The notes under the pieces: generated by a model
What the model saw: the letters and a program-made list of their open reading frames with translations, nothing else
What the model was told of the DNA's origin: nothing
The model's database searches: none
Shown here: positions 49,735 through 59,027 of the stretch, one piece after another
How the letters are laid out: each line of letters begins with the position of its first letter
How positions within the stretch are numbered: the stretch's first letter is position 1
Translations under genes and position numbers: made by a program
Sequence record: NC_031103.1
From: Escherichia phage vB_EcoM-UFV13
DNA length: 64,000 nt
Strand: one strand, 5' to 3'

Positions 49735-50262
49735 TTATGCGAGTACCGTCTTTAACCGTTCTTCAAACTTCCGAAGAGTATTTTGGCGTTCAGCTCTTTG
49801 CTTTTTGTAAGTTTCAATACGCTCTGAAATGAGAGTGTATCGTTCATTTACTGATTCTTTCATAAAATCAGGAATTTCACGAGAAGCTTTAATCTCATCA
49901 AATTTATCAATAACAGCTTGCTCTTCAGCAATTAAGTTATCATACATCAAAATATCTTTCTTGATGAACTCAATATCTTCTTGAGTTACACGAGATAATT
50001 TAGATGCTTTATCCTTTTTGTACTGTTCATTAGTATCACGAGACCAGTGTAATGTACGATTTTTATTCGTATTTTTGTAAATTTCTACAATACCAATCTC
50101 ATCGATAATAACGATCCAATTCCAACGGGATTTGTAAATTTGTCCTCCATCAACCGTGATTTCACCTCCGATTGAGATGTCATTAAAGAACTTGCTTTGT
50201 GCTTCTGATTTAAATTTACCATCGTTGTAATTTACCAGGTTGAAAATATCTTTAGCGTTCAT
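49735..50262 (-). CDS. hypothetical protein with C-terminal coiled coil
   Basis: ATG at 50262 after conserved promoter-leader cassette. Confidence 0.5.
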   Translation of the reverse strand: MNAKDIFNLVNYNDGKFKSEAQSKFFNDISIGGEITVDGGQIYKSRWNWIVIIDEIGIVEIYKNTNKNRTLHWSRDTNEQYKKDKASKLSRVTQEDIEFIKKDILMYDNLIAEEQAVIDKFDEIKASREIPDFMKESVNERYTLISERIETYKKQRAERQNTLRKFEERLKTVLA

Positions 50263-50299
50263 TTTGTGTTCCTCCGTAGTTGATAGTTGTATAGTACCA
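50258..50299 (-). repeat. 42-bp exact direct repeat, copy 2
   Basis: Identical to 25301-25342. Confidence 0.7.
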
Positions 50300-50320
50300 C
50301 AGAGGAACGGTCTTGTAAAC
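50291..50320 (-). promoter_or_regulatory. early promoter with conserved leader cassette
   Basis: GTTTAC-18-TACTAT; leader identical to cassette at 25301-25342. Confidence 0.55.
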
Positions 50321-50322
50321 AA

Positions 50323-50625
50323 CTAAAAGAAACTTCTTTCACAATTTTTTCCACTGAACCATGCGCTCACTGCTTTCTTAGTCTCAGGAGCAGTGTTATC
50401 CATAAACCACTCAAAGGCAGCCTTTTTATGATTCTGGAGGGCTTCTCGGGCTTTAATCTGCTCACGGTCTATTAACACTAACATATGAGCCTTTCTTGTC
50501 ACCAAGGGCTTCTTATGATTCTTGGAGTATTCCCAGTCATTTGTCCAACGCATTGTCGTTGCGAACTGAAATACTGCGTCTTTAATTTTAGTTTCATAAA
50601 TTTCACGAGCCTTTGAGTATAACAT
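50323..50625 (-). CDS. hypothetical protein
   Basis: Track ORF 50323..50637 has N in codon 4; ATG at 50625 preceded by GGAGG. Confidence 0.45.
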   Translation of the reverse strand: MLYSKAREIYETKIKDAVFQFATTMRWTNDWEYSKNHKKPLVTRKAHMLVLIDREQIKAREALQNHKKAAFEWFMDNTAPETKKAVSAWFSGKNCERSFF

Positions 50626-50726
50626 CANTACCTCCATTNACCAGTTTAATTCTANTCATCTTTTTNATGGCAGTCCATATAATCTATTTCTGAACTGCCT
50701 TTTTGTCATAGAAGTCCTCTTATGAA

Positions 50727-51695
50727 TTATTTCAGAAGAGTAACCTCAGCAATTTCTTCCCAACCGTTTTTGTCGGTCATAATAAAGTCAGCAAGATAAA
50801 GTGCAGTACGCAGTGAAACATTGCGTAAACGATTAACATTGACTTTCATCCATGATAATGCTTTATAAGTTTCTTCATCAGAAAGACCGCGCTTTTGCAT
50901 CATGTCAGTTGAAAGAATAACATCTTCAACCCTGACCATAATTTCTTCATTAGTGTGAACACCCAAATCTAAATAAACTGAGCGGGACACTAATGCTTGT
51001 AAATGTGGAGCAAGTTTAGTACCACGGTCTAATTCGCGGTCAATGTCAACGTTTGTGATAAAAACAATCGTTCCTTTAAATTCAAACTCGCGCTCAATGC
51101 CTTTTTCTTCTAAGTAAGAAGATGCAGTGCTCCAGCAGACTTTACGGGTCTCTCCGGTGTCCAGAGCAGCTTTTAGAAGATTAAGAATGTCCATATCAGA
51201 GAAAACATCCACATCATCAATCAAAAGGACAGAATTCTCTTCACGATTATTCCAAAGCTGCTCATAAAGACCAATACCAGAGATTTTACCATTAATGCTT
51301 TTATACTCAATGTATCCAATATCATTTGCTTTATTTAAAGCTTTATCTAAAGAATACGTTTTACCAATACCTGCTGCACCAGAGATAATTAATGAACGAA
51401 TGTTTCCGTTAATAATACCATTCGTCATCATTCCCATAACATTAAATCTTTTATTAATGCGGGTTTTCATATCTTCATACGATTCTTTAACTTCTTCAAC
51501 TTTTACACCATCATATGAAATGTCTGATTTGTAAACCCAAACACCGCGACGTTTACCGTCAATTTCAACAAAAACTTTACCATCTCCTTGTGCATCTACC
51601 GGAGCATTATCTGGGAACCACTCACCTAAGAGTTCAAAAGTTCCAGAGATTTCTTTACCGAAGTAGATACCCTTATTGATAGTTACAGTTTTCAT
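50727..51695 (-). CDS. P-loop NTPase (AAA-like ATPase)
   Basis: ATG at 51695 (MKTVTINKG...); Walker A GAAGIGKTYS, Walker B VLLIDDVD. Confidence 0.6.
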   Translation of the reverse strand: MKTVTINKGIYFGKEISGTFELLGEWFPDNAPVDAQGDGKVFVEIDGKRRGVWVYKSDISYDGVKVEEVKESYEDMKTRINKRFNVMGMMTNGIINGNIRSLIISGAAGIGKTYSLDKALNKANDIGYIEYKSINGKISGIGLYEQLWNNREENSVLLIDDVDVFSDMDILNLLKAALDTGETRKVCWSTASSYLEEKGIEREFEFKGTIVFITNVDIDRELDRGTKLAPHLQALVSRSVYLDLGVHTNEEIMVRVEDVILSTDMMQKRGLSDEETYKALSWMKVNVNRLRNVSLRTALYLADFIMTDKNGWEEIAEVTLLK

Positions 51696-51729
51696 TTTAT
51701 TCTCCAAATCCGTATCAGTTGATAGTTGT

Positions 51730-51759
51730 ATAGTACCATAAAGCTTTATGCTTGTAAAC
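51730..51759 (-). promoter_or_regulatory. early promoter upstream of P-loop ATPase gene
   Basis: GTTTAC-18-TACTAT. Confidence 0.55.
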
Positions 51760-51790
51760 TGTTTTGTGAAAAAATTTTTGAAATAAAAAA

Positions 51791-51808
51791 GGGAGCCCGA
51801 AGGCTCCC
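51791..51808 (-). terminator. CUUCGG-type RNA hairpin between NTase and ATPase genes
   Basis: gggagcc-cgaa-ggctccc. Confidence 0.6.
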
Positions 51809-51810
51809 TA

Positions 51811-52824
51811 TCATTTATAATAACTTCGGTGGTTTTCAAGATAAACCCTCTCAAGGAAGTCATCCCAGAAACCCATGTCTACTTTTTGCTGCATACCGTT
51901 CTTAGAAGCTTCAGTAGATGCTGCTTCTACTTGATCGACCACATCTTCCAAAAACTCTTGAACCGTTTTAAATGGATGTTTACCCAACTTCACGTCGAGA
52001 ATAAATGGAGCGTCTTGAAGTGGATAAACCAAGTCACCAGTTTTGTAAATTTCCAATAGTTGGAGTCCACCACGGCAAGCATGACTCAGAGCTTTCCAGT
52101 CAATACCTTCATTGGCTTCGGCCTTACGAGCACGTTCACCATATTCAGCATCTAATTTGTTCAGTGACTGCTTAAGCTCAATAAGAGAAAGCGTTGTCTG
52201 ATATTTACGACCCAACACAGTGTAGAACGTTTGTGGGCCTGTTTTCTCATGATTATGGAACACCCATTCACAGAATTCGTTTTCTGGAAGACGATGCTTA
52301 ATATCTTCAACTTTAGTACGACGCTGCTTAATAGAACCATCTTCTTGGTAATCAACCCATTGCTCGGGGATTTGATTAACTACTTTCAATACATCACGTA
52401 ATGCAGCCAAACGAGAACCCTTGACACCGTATTTAGAAGCTTGCTTGCGGACATATCCTAAATATGATTTCATGTTAGTCGTATAAAAACGAGAACGGTT
52501 GTCTTGAATAAACTTCCACACATCAGGCAAATCAGATTTAACCACTAGCTCAGGTGGAGTGTGAAGCATATCCAACGCTACAGTTTCACCATCTGCTGCC
52601 AATTTAAAGAAATATTTAAGACTGTATAGTTCATGGTCAATATCATCTTTAGTGTTTTTAGATGATGTATTGTTAGTGTTTTTACTCATATGCTCTTTAA
52701 CATTTCCGATAAGAATATCGCGAGCAGGAGGAACAAAGATTTCTTTAAAATCTACATCAGATTCTGGAGTAGAAGTTCCATAAAGATGACTACCAAAATA
52801 GCTTTTCATTACTGTTTTCATCAT
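51811..52824 (-). CDS. nucleotidyltransferase-fold protein (Pol-beta/minimal NTase superfamily)
   Basis: N-terminal GSHLYGTSTPESDVDF = G-S-x4-G-x5-S-D-x-D signature. Confidence 0.6.
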   Translation of the reverse strand: MMKTVMKSYFGSHLYGTSTPESDVDFKEIFVPPARDILIGNVKEHMSKNTNNTSSKNTKDDIDHELYSLKYFFKLAADGETVALDMLHTPPELVVKSDLPDVWKFIQDNRSRFYTTNMKSYLGYVRKQASKYGVKGSRLAALRDVLKVVNQIPEQWVDYQEDGSIKQRRTKVEDIKHRLPENEFCEWVFHNHEKTGPQTFYTVLGRKYQTTLSLIELKQSLNKLDAEYGERARKAEANEGIDWKALSHACRGGLQLLEIYKTGDLVYPLQDAPFILDVKLGKHPFKTVQEFLEDVVDQVEAASTEASKNGMQQKVDMGFWDDFLERVYLENHRSYYK

Positions 52825-53282
52825 TCAGCCTTATATTCAATAACAGGACATACTTTAGCTTTACGGGCTTTTAAAAATTCGACGATAATAGATTTCTTGG
52901 GTTGAATAGGAGGTAAACCTTTATACGCCCTATCAATATTTTCTACATGTAAAGCATAATCCTTTTTCCATTTATAATCTTTATATTTTTCATGCAGTTG
53001 TGCAGGAATAACAAATGAACCAATAATAAGTAAAACAAGCAAAATGGCAAGTATAAATGCTGATGGAATAAGAGTCCATAAACTACCAAAAATAAGCCAT
53101 TTCTGCATGATTTCTGCGCAGATAATAGTTAGACCTGCGAGTATAGTACATCCGAAAAAAGAAACGAAAAATGTAGGAATAACAACAGACCAAAAATATG
53201 CACACAGTGTCTTAGGTCGTTTCCATTCATCATTAAACATTTTGAATAATTTATAGTGCCAAGAGTTTTCATTAATAATCAT
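52821..53282 (-). CDS. membrane protein
   Basis: 153 aa; multiple hydrophobic helices. Confidence 0.5.
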   Translation of the reverse strand: MIINENSWHYKLFKMFNDEWKRPKTLCAYFWSVVIPTFFVSFFGCTILAGLTIICAEIMQKWLIFGSLWTLIPSAFILAILLVLLIIGSFVIPAQLHEKYKDYKWKKDYALHVENIDRAYKGLPPIQPKKSIIVEFLKARKAKVCPVIEYKAE

Positions 53283-53284
53283 AA

Positions 53285-53806
53285 TTATCCTTTCATTGAA
53301 GGTGTAACAGTTGTTAAATACTTAATCATAGCTTCAGCTTCTGATTTTGATAATGAAATTTCTCCATTGTTTTGACGAATAGAAATAAAATCCGGATGAC
53401 GGTCACCACCAGCTTTTAAAATACACATATAAGTATCAGTTTCATCTTCAATATCTGAAATGATTGAAGCAGTTCCGCATGAATGTGGTTTTTGATAAAT
53501 CAATGCAGCTTTTCTTCCACCGTTTGACTGTTCATAAACTTTTAACACATCAAACAAATCACTTCTTTTATCAATAGCTAAGATGTTGTTTTCATCTTCA
53601 ATGTTAAATCCTTCGGATACTTCATAAAGTGTCACCCATAAATCACCGATGTCAATAACAGCATTTCCTTTTCCACGACTTTCAAGAATATGACAAATTT
53701 TCTTGATTTCGTCATAACTCATTTTAATAATATCATCTCCTTGAATAAGGAAGATGTCATTTTTAAATTTAACGCGAATTAAACCACTTCCACTTGAAAT
53801 AAACAT
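53285..53806 (-). CDS. hypothetical protein, tandem paralog
   Basis: C-terminus resembles that of next ORF. Confidence 0.5.
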   Translation of the reverse strand: MFISSGSGLIRVKFKNDIFLIQGDDIIKMSYDEIKKICHILESRGKGNAVIDIGDLWVTLYEVSEGFNIEDENNILAIDKRSDLFDVLKVYEQSNGGRKAALIYQKPHSCGTASIISDIEDETDTYMCILKAGGDRHPDFISIRQNNGEISLSKSEAEAMIKYLTTVTPSMKG

Positions 53807-53812
53807 ATTTCC

Positions 53813-54370
53813 TCACTTTGAAATCATAGTTGGAATGACAGAATCAAGATAAGTCTTTAGCGCAATGGCTTCGTCTTTGGTAAATGTGACAATATGTGAT
53901 CGAAAATCGTCAATTTGGCGAATAGTTAAGACATCTCCCTCTTCATAACATTTTGATACATTTAAAAGAGTTTCATCATTCTGATTGCAATCGTTAGTAA
54001 TAATAGCATTGCAATTTTTGAGCCATTTTAAACTATGTTTTCTTTCATTAGAATAATAAAAATATTTAATCTTAGCTATAAAACTATCCCAATGAATAAC
54101 TGATAAACACATTGACTCACTTTTAATATTAAATCCTGGGCATGAAGAATAAAAATGAATTTTGTGCTCATCATTGATGCTTACTATTTTATCAGTATAA
54201 GGATATTCAATTTGGGTTAAATGAATGATTTCACTAGGCGTAAAATACAGCATATCGTCTTCTTGCGTCAAACGATACATGTTATTTACTTTTTCTATAG
54301 CCAATTCACCAAAAAGCGGACTAACTTCTAATACTAATCGTTTCATATTGATTCTCTTCGACTCACTCAT
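53813..54370 (-). CDS. hypothetical protein, tandem paralog
   Basis: 185 aa. Confidence 0.5.
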   Translation of the reverse strand: MSESKRINMKRLVLEVSPLFGELAIEKVNNMYRLTQEDDMLYFTPSEIIHLTQIEYPYTDKIVSINDEHKIHFYSSCPGFNIKSESMCLSVIHWDSFIAKIKYFYYSNERKHSLKWLKNCNAIITNDCNQNDETLLNVSKCYEEGDVLTIRQIDDFRSHIVTFTKDEAIALKTYLDSVIPTMISK

Positions 54371-54505
54371 AATTACATACTCCTTTGAATAATATCAATA
54401 ATGTTGTTCACCAGATTATAAGTAAACATCGGGTGATAATATTGAATCATCACATACACAACAAACAAAATTTTCATTCTCTTCTCCTTGGCAGTTGACA
54501 AGATT

Positions 54506-54535
54506 ACTATACCATAACCTTGCCAACTTGTAAAC
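54506..54535 (-). promoter_or_regulatory. early promoter
   Basis: GTTTAC-18-TATAGT. Confidence 0.45.
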
Positions 54536-54537
54536 CA

Positions 54538-54711
54538 TTAAATGACGTTTTCAATAAAATTCTGAAGCTTTGTGTGAGCATCAACCATGATTTTCATTTC
54601 TTCCTTTGCGAAAGCTGTACCTCTTTCTCGAGCAGAATACTCATAGTCAGAAACTGCATTAGCATATTCTTCAATTAGCTTCATTAAAAACATCTGCTTT
54701 TCAGTTTTCAT
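54538..54711 (-). CDS. hypothetical small protein
   Basis: 57 aa hand-translated. Confidence 0.35.
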   Translation of the reverse strand: MKTEKQMFLMKLIEEYANAVSDYEYSARERGTAFAKEEMKIMVDAHTKLQNFIENVI

Positions 54712-54895
54712 TATTCCACCTAATCATTTCAAGATATTGAACTAACTTAGCTTTGGATTTATCCAAATCCTTTTTAGCTGCTTCTATGGCATCGTACGAA
54801 TATCCTTCACAATGCTCAACTGCCAATTGGTATGAATCTATTTCAATATCACGTGCTAATTTAATGATCTTTTCAAACTGTTCACGTGTTAGCAT
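54701..54895 (-). CDS. hypothetical small protein
   Basis: 64-aa ORF. Confidence 0.45.
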   Translation of the reverse strand: MLTREQFEKIIKLARDIEIDSYQLAVEHCEGYSYDAIEAAKKDLDKSKAKLVQYLEMIRWNNEN

Positions 54896-54897
54896 AC

Positions 54898-55137
54898 TTA
54901 AACTCTCGTATTATGATCGATAATTTCATCAAGAAACATATCTAAAGCTTCTACAGCATTATCAACTTTAGCTTCAAGTTCTTCAGCGCCTTTATTTGCA
55001 ATGCCTGCCGAAAACCAAGCAAAGTCACTAAGTTCCTCGTCTGCTTTGCGAATTAAAGCTACCAATTCTTTAATTTTATCTGCTTGTTCGATACTAATCA
55101 TTATTCCACCACATATGAAAGAGAGAATATTGCACAC
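54898..55137 (-). CDS. hypothetical small protein
   Basis: 79-aa ORF. Confidence 0.45.
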
Positions 55138-55289
55138 GCCATGTGAGTTGCAACTTCATCACACATATTATAACGTTTCTTAAGAAGTTCTACCAGTTCT
55201 TCACTAGTAACTTCATCCATGTCGACGAAAAAATCACCATTGATGATGACGTAGATATTTCCTTCTTGATTGAGTGCTTCAATTTTCAT
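55101..55289 (-). CDS. hypothetical small protein
   Basis: ATG at 55289 preceded by AGAGGAG. Confidence 0.45.
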
Positions 55290-55317
55290 GATGTTCTCCT
55301 CTTTATCCGATAGTTGT

Positions 55318-55347
55318 ATAGTATCACAGCCCAAACGGAAAGTAAAC
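55318..55347 (-). promoter_or_regulatory. early promoter
   Basis: GTTTAC-18-TACTAT downstream of hairpin. Confidence 0.55.
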
Positions 55348-55362
55348 CGGTAAAATGAAAAA

Positions 55363-55380
55363 AGTCTCCCGAAGGAGACT
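55363..55380 (-). terminator. CUUCGG-type RNA hairpin
   Basis: agtctcc-cgaa-ggagact. Confidence 0.6.
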
Positions 55381-55384
55381 AATG

Positions 55385-55771
55385 TTATTCGAGGGAAAGA
55401 AGATACTTACTCTGGTAAAACATCCCAGTAATATCATCTATCGTGCTTTGAATGGCTGGAGGCATTTCTTTATAAATGCTGTTAGATTGGTCTAGTATGC
55501 GATCAATCATTTTAATTGTGTCGGTAGGAAGTTTACTGGCATCTGGAATTGAAGGTGTGTATTTTCTACCAGAATACCCCAAATATTGCTCACCAAATTT
55601 ATCAATCAAATCTGGCAACTCGGAAAAAATAAAATCGTATGCTTTGTGTCTAGCATAACTTTTAGTTTCAAAATGTGCAGAATGAAAATAAGCTTGTGCA
55701 GCCATTAATAAACCTAAGTATTCATCTGCCTTTGAAGGTTTTCCACTTTGTGAAAAGTCGCTGAATTTCAT
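55385..55771 (-). CDS. hypothetical protein
   Basis: 128-aa ORF. Confidence 0.5.
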
Positions 55772-56061
55772 TCAGTCTCCAATTTAATGTTCATAATTCT
55801 AGCGTATGATTGTGCCATCTCCGCGCCTCGCTCTATACATTCAAAATCAGAAGAGCACGGGTCATTTTTATAGGTCGTTCTCATAAAACTATAGAACTGT
55901 TCAGATGATTCTACGCTTTTATTTTCAAAAAGCATATAAACATGTCTAATACCAGATTCCATAAATTTATCAAAATGAGGATCGACATTCGCTTCAATTG
56001 GTGGAGATAAAACAAATGACAATCCTAGCATGGCAAAAAGTGCCGTTGCTTTTAAGGCCAT
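55768..56061 (-). CDS. rI: lysis inhibition regulator rI
   Basis: 97 aa; matches T4 RI as recalled. Confidence 0.9.
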   Translation of the reverse strand: MALKATALFAMLGLSFVLSPPIEANVDPHFDKFMESGIRHVYMLFENKSVESSEQFYSFMRTTYKNDPCSSDFECIERGAEMAQSYARIMNIKLETE

Positions 56062-56073
56062 AAAGGCCTCCTA

Positions 56074-56286
56074 TCATTTTTGTCCTGTATTTACTTTATG
56101 CCGATGCACGGCCTTAACTTTATCAAGGTATTTTTCAAAATTTCGCAATCTAGTATAGTCTGCCGGAGATTGGTTGAGTGATACTTCTCGACGCAAAGCT
56201 GAAATGATATTTCCAACTTCCCTACGAATTTCATCTAATTGAAGCACAGTAAGATTGCGAAGTTGCTTTTCAGTTAATTGTAGCAT
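56074..56286 (-). CDS. hypothetical small protein
   Basis: 70-aa ORF. Confidence 0.45.
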
Positions 56287-56328
56287 ATATACCCCTTTAG
56301 TTAGATAAATCTATTTATAACTTTTGCA

Positions 56329-56910
56329 CTAACCGAGCTTTTTAGTTAATTCATTCCAATGTTTTCTACACAAAGAAACATAAATTTCATCACCAATACA
56401 GATTTGATTGCCTTCTTTAACTGGTGTTCCATCTTCCATCAATCGAGCTGTCATAATCGCTTTTTTGCCGCAATGACAAACTGCCTTTAGTTCAATAAGT
56501 TTATCTGCAATCGCTAAAAGTTCTTTAGAACCTTCAAACAATTTTCCAGCGAAATCAGTCCTTAACCCATAAGCCATAACAGGAACATTATATGTATCAA
56601 CAATTCGACTCAATTGATGCACTTGTTCAGTTTTTAAAAACTGGGCTTCATCTACAAATACGCAATGAATATCTTTTTGTGCTTCAGCCCATTTATAGAA
56701 CTCGAAAATATCCATATCATCTGTAATAATATTCGCTTCCTGTTTAATTCCAATGCGAGAAACAACTTCACAGACAGAATCACGAGTATCAATAGCAGGC
56801 TTAAGAACTAATACACTCATTCCACGTTCTTTATAATTATGTGCAGCAGTCAAAAGAGAAGCAGATTTTCCAGCATTCATTGCTGCATAAGTAAAAATTA
56901 AACTCGCCAT
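56329..56910 (-). CDS. tk: thymidine kinase
   Basis: 193 aa; P-loop AAMNAGKS; matches T4 Tk. Confidence 0.9.
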   Translation of the reverse strand: MASLIFTYAAMNAGKSASLLTAAHNYKERGMSVLVLKPAIDTRDSVCEVVSRIGIKQEANIITDDMDIFEFYKWAEAQKDIHCVFVDEAQFLKTEQVHQLSRIVDTYNVPVMAYGLRTDFAGKLFEGSKELLAIADKLIELKAVCHCGKKAIMTARLMEDGTPVKEGNQICIGDEIYVSLCRKHWNELTKKLG

Positions 56911-56919
56911 ATCACCTTC

Positions 56920-57105
56920 TTAAAGCGTATTCACATAAGCTATTAATTCATTTTCTTTCTTATCAAACCGATCAGCAAATTCTTCCTGCTGTTCGGGAGA
57001 TAGCGGGCCGTATTCATTATAAAAGGTGTTTGCTTCTGTATGCTCATCTAGAAGTTCATGGATAAGCTCAAAAAATTTATCTTTTTGTTCTTTGCTTAGA
57101 CTCAT
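56920..57105 (-). CDS. hypothetical small acidic protein
   Basis: 61-aa ORF. Confidence 0.45.
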   Translation of the reverse strand: MSLSKEQKDKFFELIHELLDEHTEANTFYNEYGPLSPEQQEEFADRFDKKENELIAYVNTL

Positions 57106-57275
57106 ATATTAATTTCCAGGAGTTTTAAAATAATTCGCTTTTGCTTAAATATTTCCATAGTTAAATGACCAGTATCTTTTTGACCGATTCCAATGGCAAA
57201 ACCTTTATTAACAGCGAGTTCAATTAAATTATCAAGCTCACGTAACACTTCGTATTGTAACTCAAAACTATTCAT
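57102..57275 (-). CDS. hypothetical small protein
   Basis: 58 aa hand-translated; ATGA overlaps both neighbours. Confidence 0.35.
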   Translation of the reverse strand: MNSFELQYEVLRELDNLIELAVNKGFAIGIGQKDTGHLTMEIFKQKRIILKLLEINI

Positions 57276-57499
57276 TTTGGTTTACCTTCTTTAACGAAAT
57301 CAGGATAAGGGTAAAATCCTGAATAAAATCCTTCACCTTTATGATTGATGCATCCTTTATTAGAACAATAGCACCAATAATCGAAATCACAAGCCATTTC
57401 ATCGTTGCATAAAGCAAAAACAACCGGCCACTTACACTTTTCACAGTGGGCATTTTTAAGAATACTAGTTTGGCTCATAACCATGTAACCTTTAAGCAA
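57272..57499 (-). CDS. cysteine-rich small protein
   Basis: 75 aa with 9 Cys (CEKCKW...CNDEMAC...CYC...C). Confidence 0.5.
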   Translation of the reverse strand: MLKGYMVMSQTSILKNAHCEKCKWPVVFALCNDEMACDFDYWCYCSNKGCINHKGEGFYSGFYPYPDFVKEGKPK

Positions 57500-57687
57500 T
57501 ATTCTTCTACATGTTGTTTACGACCTTTCTTATCAATAAAGGTATATTCAACGAATGTTCCAATGTAGTCTTTATCTACATCATGTGGACTATTAATTGG
57601 ACATTTAGTACGGCAAATGCGTTCCCATTGACGAATAATTTCCACTTTGTTTTTAGGATCAAACGGATGTGGGTAATGTACTTTCAT
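57475..57687 (-). CDS. hypothetical small protein
   Basis: 70-aa ORF. Confidence 0.45.
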   Translation of the reverse strand: MKVHYPHPFDPKNKVEIIRQWERICRTKCPINSPHDVDKDYIGTFVEYTFIDKKGRKQHVEEYCLKVTWL

Positions 57688-58138
57688 AATCCACCACTAT
57701 TAAATCAATATCAGGAGTAAACATGTCGATTAATTTAGAAACCTTATCCCAATCGCCGCCAGCAATACCACAACCTATGCGTGGAATGTAAATTACTGGT
57801 TTAAACAAAAGGGTTTCTGCCTGTAGATTTAATTCTATCATGCAGTTTACTAAAGCACCATAATCAAGATTAGGACCTGGTTCGTATTGCGTATACAAGT
57901 TATAACATATGCCAAAACCATTAGGTTTATGTTTAAAAACAATAGACATATCACCGAGTTTTTCACGCGAACCATATTCAGTTGTGGTTTTATCTATTTC
58001 TAAAATTTTGGGATAGGCTCTTGCTAATTGACCCGCTACACCTGAACCCATAGTATGAAAACAGTTACACCCGTGCGCAATAATATTACCTTNAAGAAAN
58101 AGGGCGACAATATCGCCCTTGATATATTTTACAATCAT
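57659..58138 (-). CDS. macro domain protein
   Basis: 159 aa; glycine-rich GSGVAG and GCGIAGG loops; two N-derived X residues. Confidence 0.6.
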   Translation of the reverse strand: MIVKYIKGDIVAXFLXGNIIAHGCNCFHTMGSGVAGQLARAYPKILEIDKTTTEYGSREKLGDMSIVFKHKPNGFGICYNLYTQYEPGPNLDYGALVNCMIELNLQAETLLFKPVIYIPRIGCGIAGGDWDKVSKLIDMFTPDIDLIVVDYESTLPTSV

Positions 58139-58482
58139 CTAGTACTCAATCCTCGATTATAAGAATCTACTAAACGGTCAACCATTGAATGACAAGCGGC
58201 TTTATCTTTCTCCTCCGCAACTGAACATTCTAAGGTATTCCACTTTTTAGCATATCGTTTTAATAATGTATCGTTTTTGTATCTGCTTGATTTATCTCTT
58301 TCTCCGTCTTTATATGCATATATTAATTTCTGTGCAAATTCAGCTTGGCATGCTTTATTTTTCCCACAATAATCTGCCGCAGTGCGGTTTACATATTCTC
58401 TAATTTCAGTATATGATGTATCTGCTGACGCAGAAGCAGAAAATGAAATTAATCCTATACATAAAACCAAAATTTTAGTCAT
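58135..58482 (-). CDS. secreted small protein
   Basis: 115 aa; signal peptide MTKILVLCIGLISFSASASA. Confidence 0.5.
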   Translation of the reverse strand: MTKILVLCIGLISFSASASADTSYTEIREYVNRTAADYCGKNKACQAEFAQKLIYAYKDGERDKSSRYKNDTLLKRYAKKWNTLECSVAEEKDKAACHSMVDRLVDSYNRGLSTR

Positions 58483-59020
58483 TTACTATTTCCAAAAGTT
58501 TATTATTTTTAAGGTAATTAGCCTTTTCTAGGACTTCAGAAGCATATTTAGAACCAGCTTTAACATTCCATCCCGAATTATAAGAGGATATTGCTTTTCT
58601 TATATCGCCCTTATGTATATTTAACCAATAAGAAAGTTCAATGTACGCCCATGAAGCTGAATTGGATCGTTTATTCAACATTCTTTTTATTTCAGCATCG
58701 GTCATATTATAACCAAGTTCCTTAACTCTTGCTCGCATAGTAGGCAAATAATTTTGGAACATTCCATAGGCGTGATGCTTTGGTTTAGATTTTAAATTAA
58801 CTCCGCCAGAGCTTTCTTGCCATAAAATAGCAGCCATTATATGACCTAATCCGCTCTTATGGATATTTTTGTGTGTTTTATATTTTCCATCCTTAGAAAA
58901 TTGTTCCCCGAATTGATACGCGTAACGCATGTTATCGAGTTGGACATTACTGAAAGTATGCTCGGAGCTATGTGCCATCATTGAAATGGCCAATAGACCA
59001 GCGAGTAGTGCTTTTCTCAT
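58475..59020 (-). CDS. secreted lytic transglycosylase-like protein (SLT domain)
   Basis: Signal peptide; catalytic E-S (WQESSGG), GMFQ, SYNSG motifs. Confidence 0.7.
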   Translation of the reverse strand: MRKALLAGLLAISMMAHSSEHTFSNVQLDNMRYAYQFGEQFSKDGKYKTHKNIHKSGLGHIMAAILWQESSGGVNLKSKPKHHAYGMFQNYLPTMRARVKELGYNMTDAEIKRMLNKRSNSASWAYIELSYWLNIHKGDIRKAISSYNSGWNVKAGSKYASEVLEKANYLKNNKLLEIVND

Positions 59021-59027
59021 GCTTACC

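Noticed and set aside
49700-49735. Promoter-like sequence upstream of the membrane protein gene 49272..49679
   Set aside because: It has a good TGGTATAAT but the -35 position is occupied by a poor match; looks like a deletion derivative of the promoter at 47314-47343.
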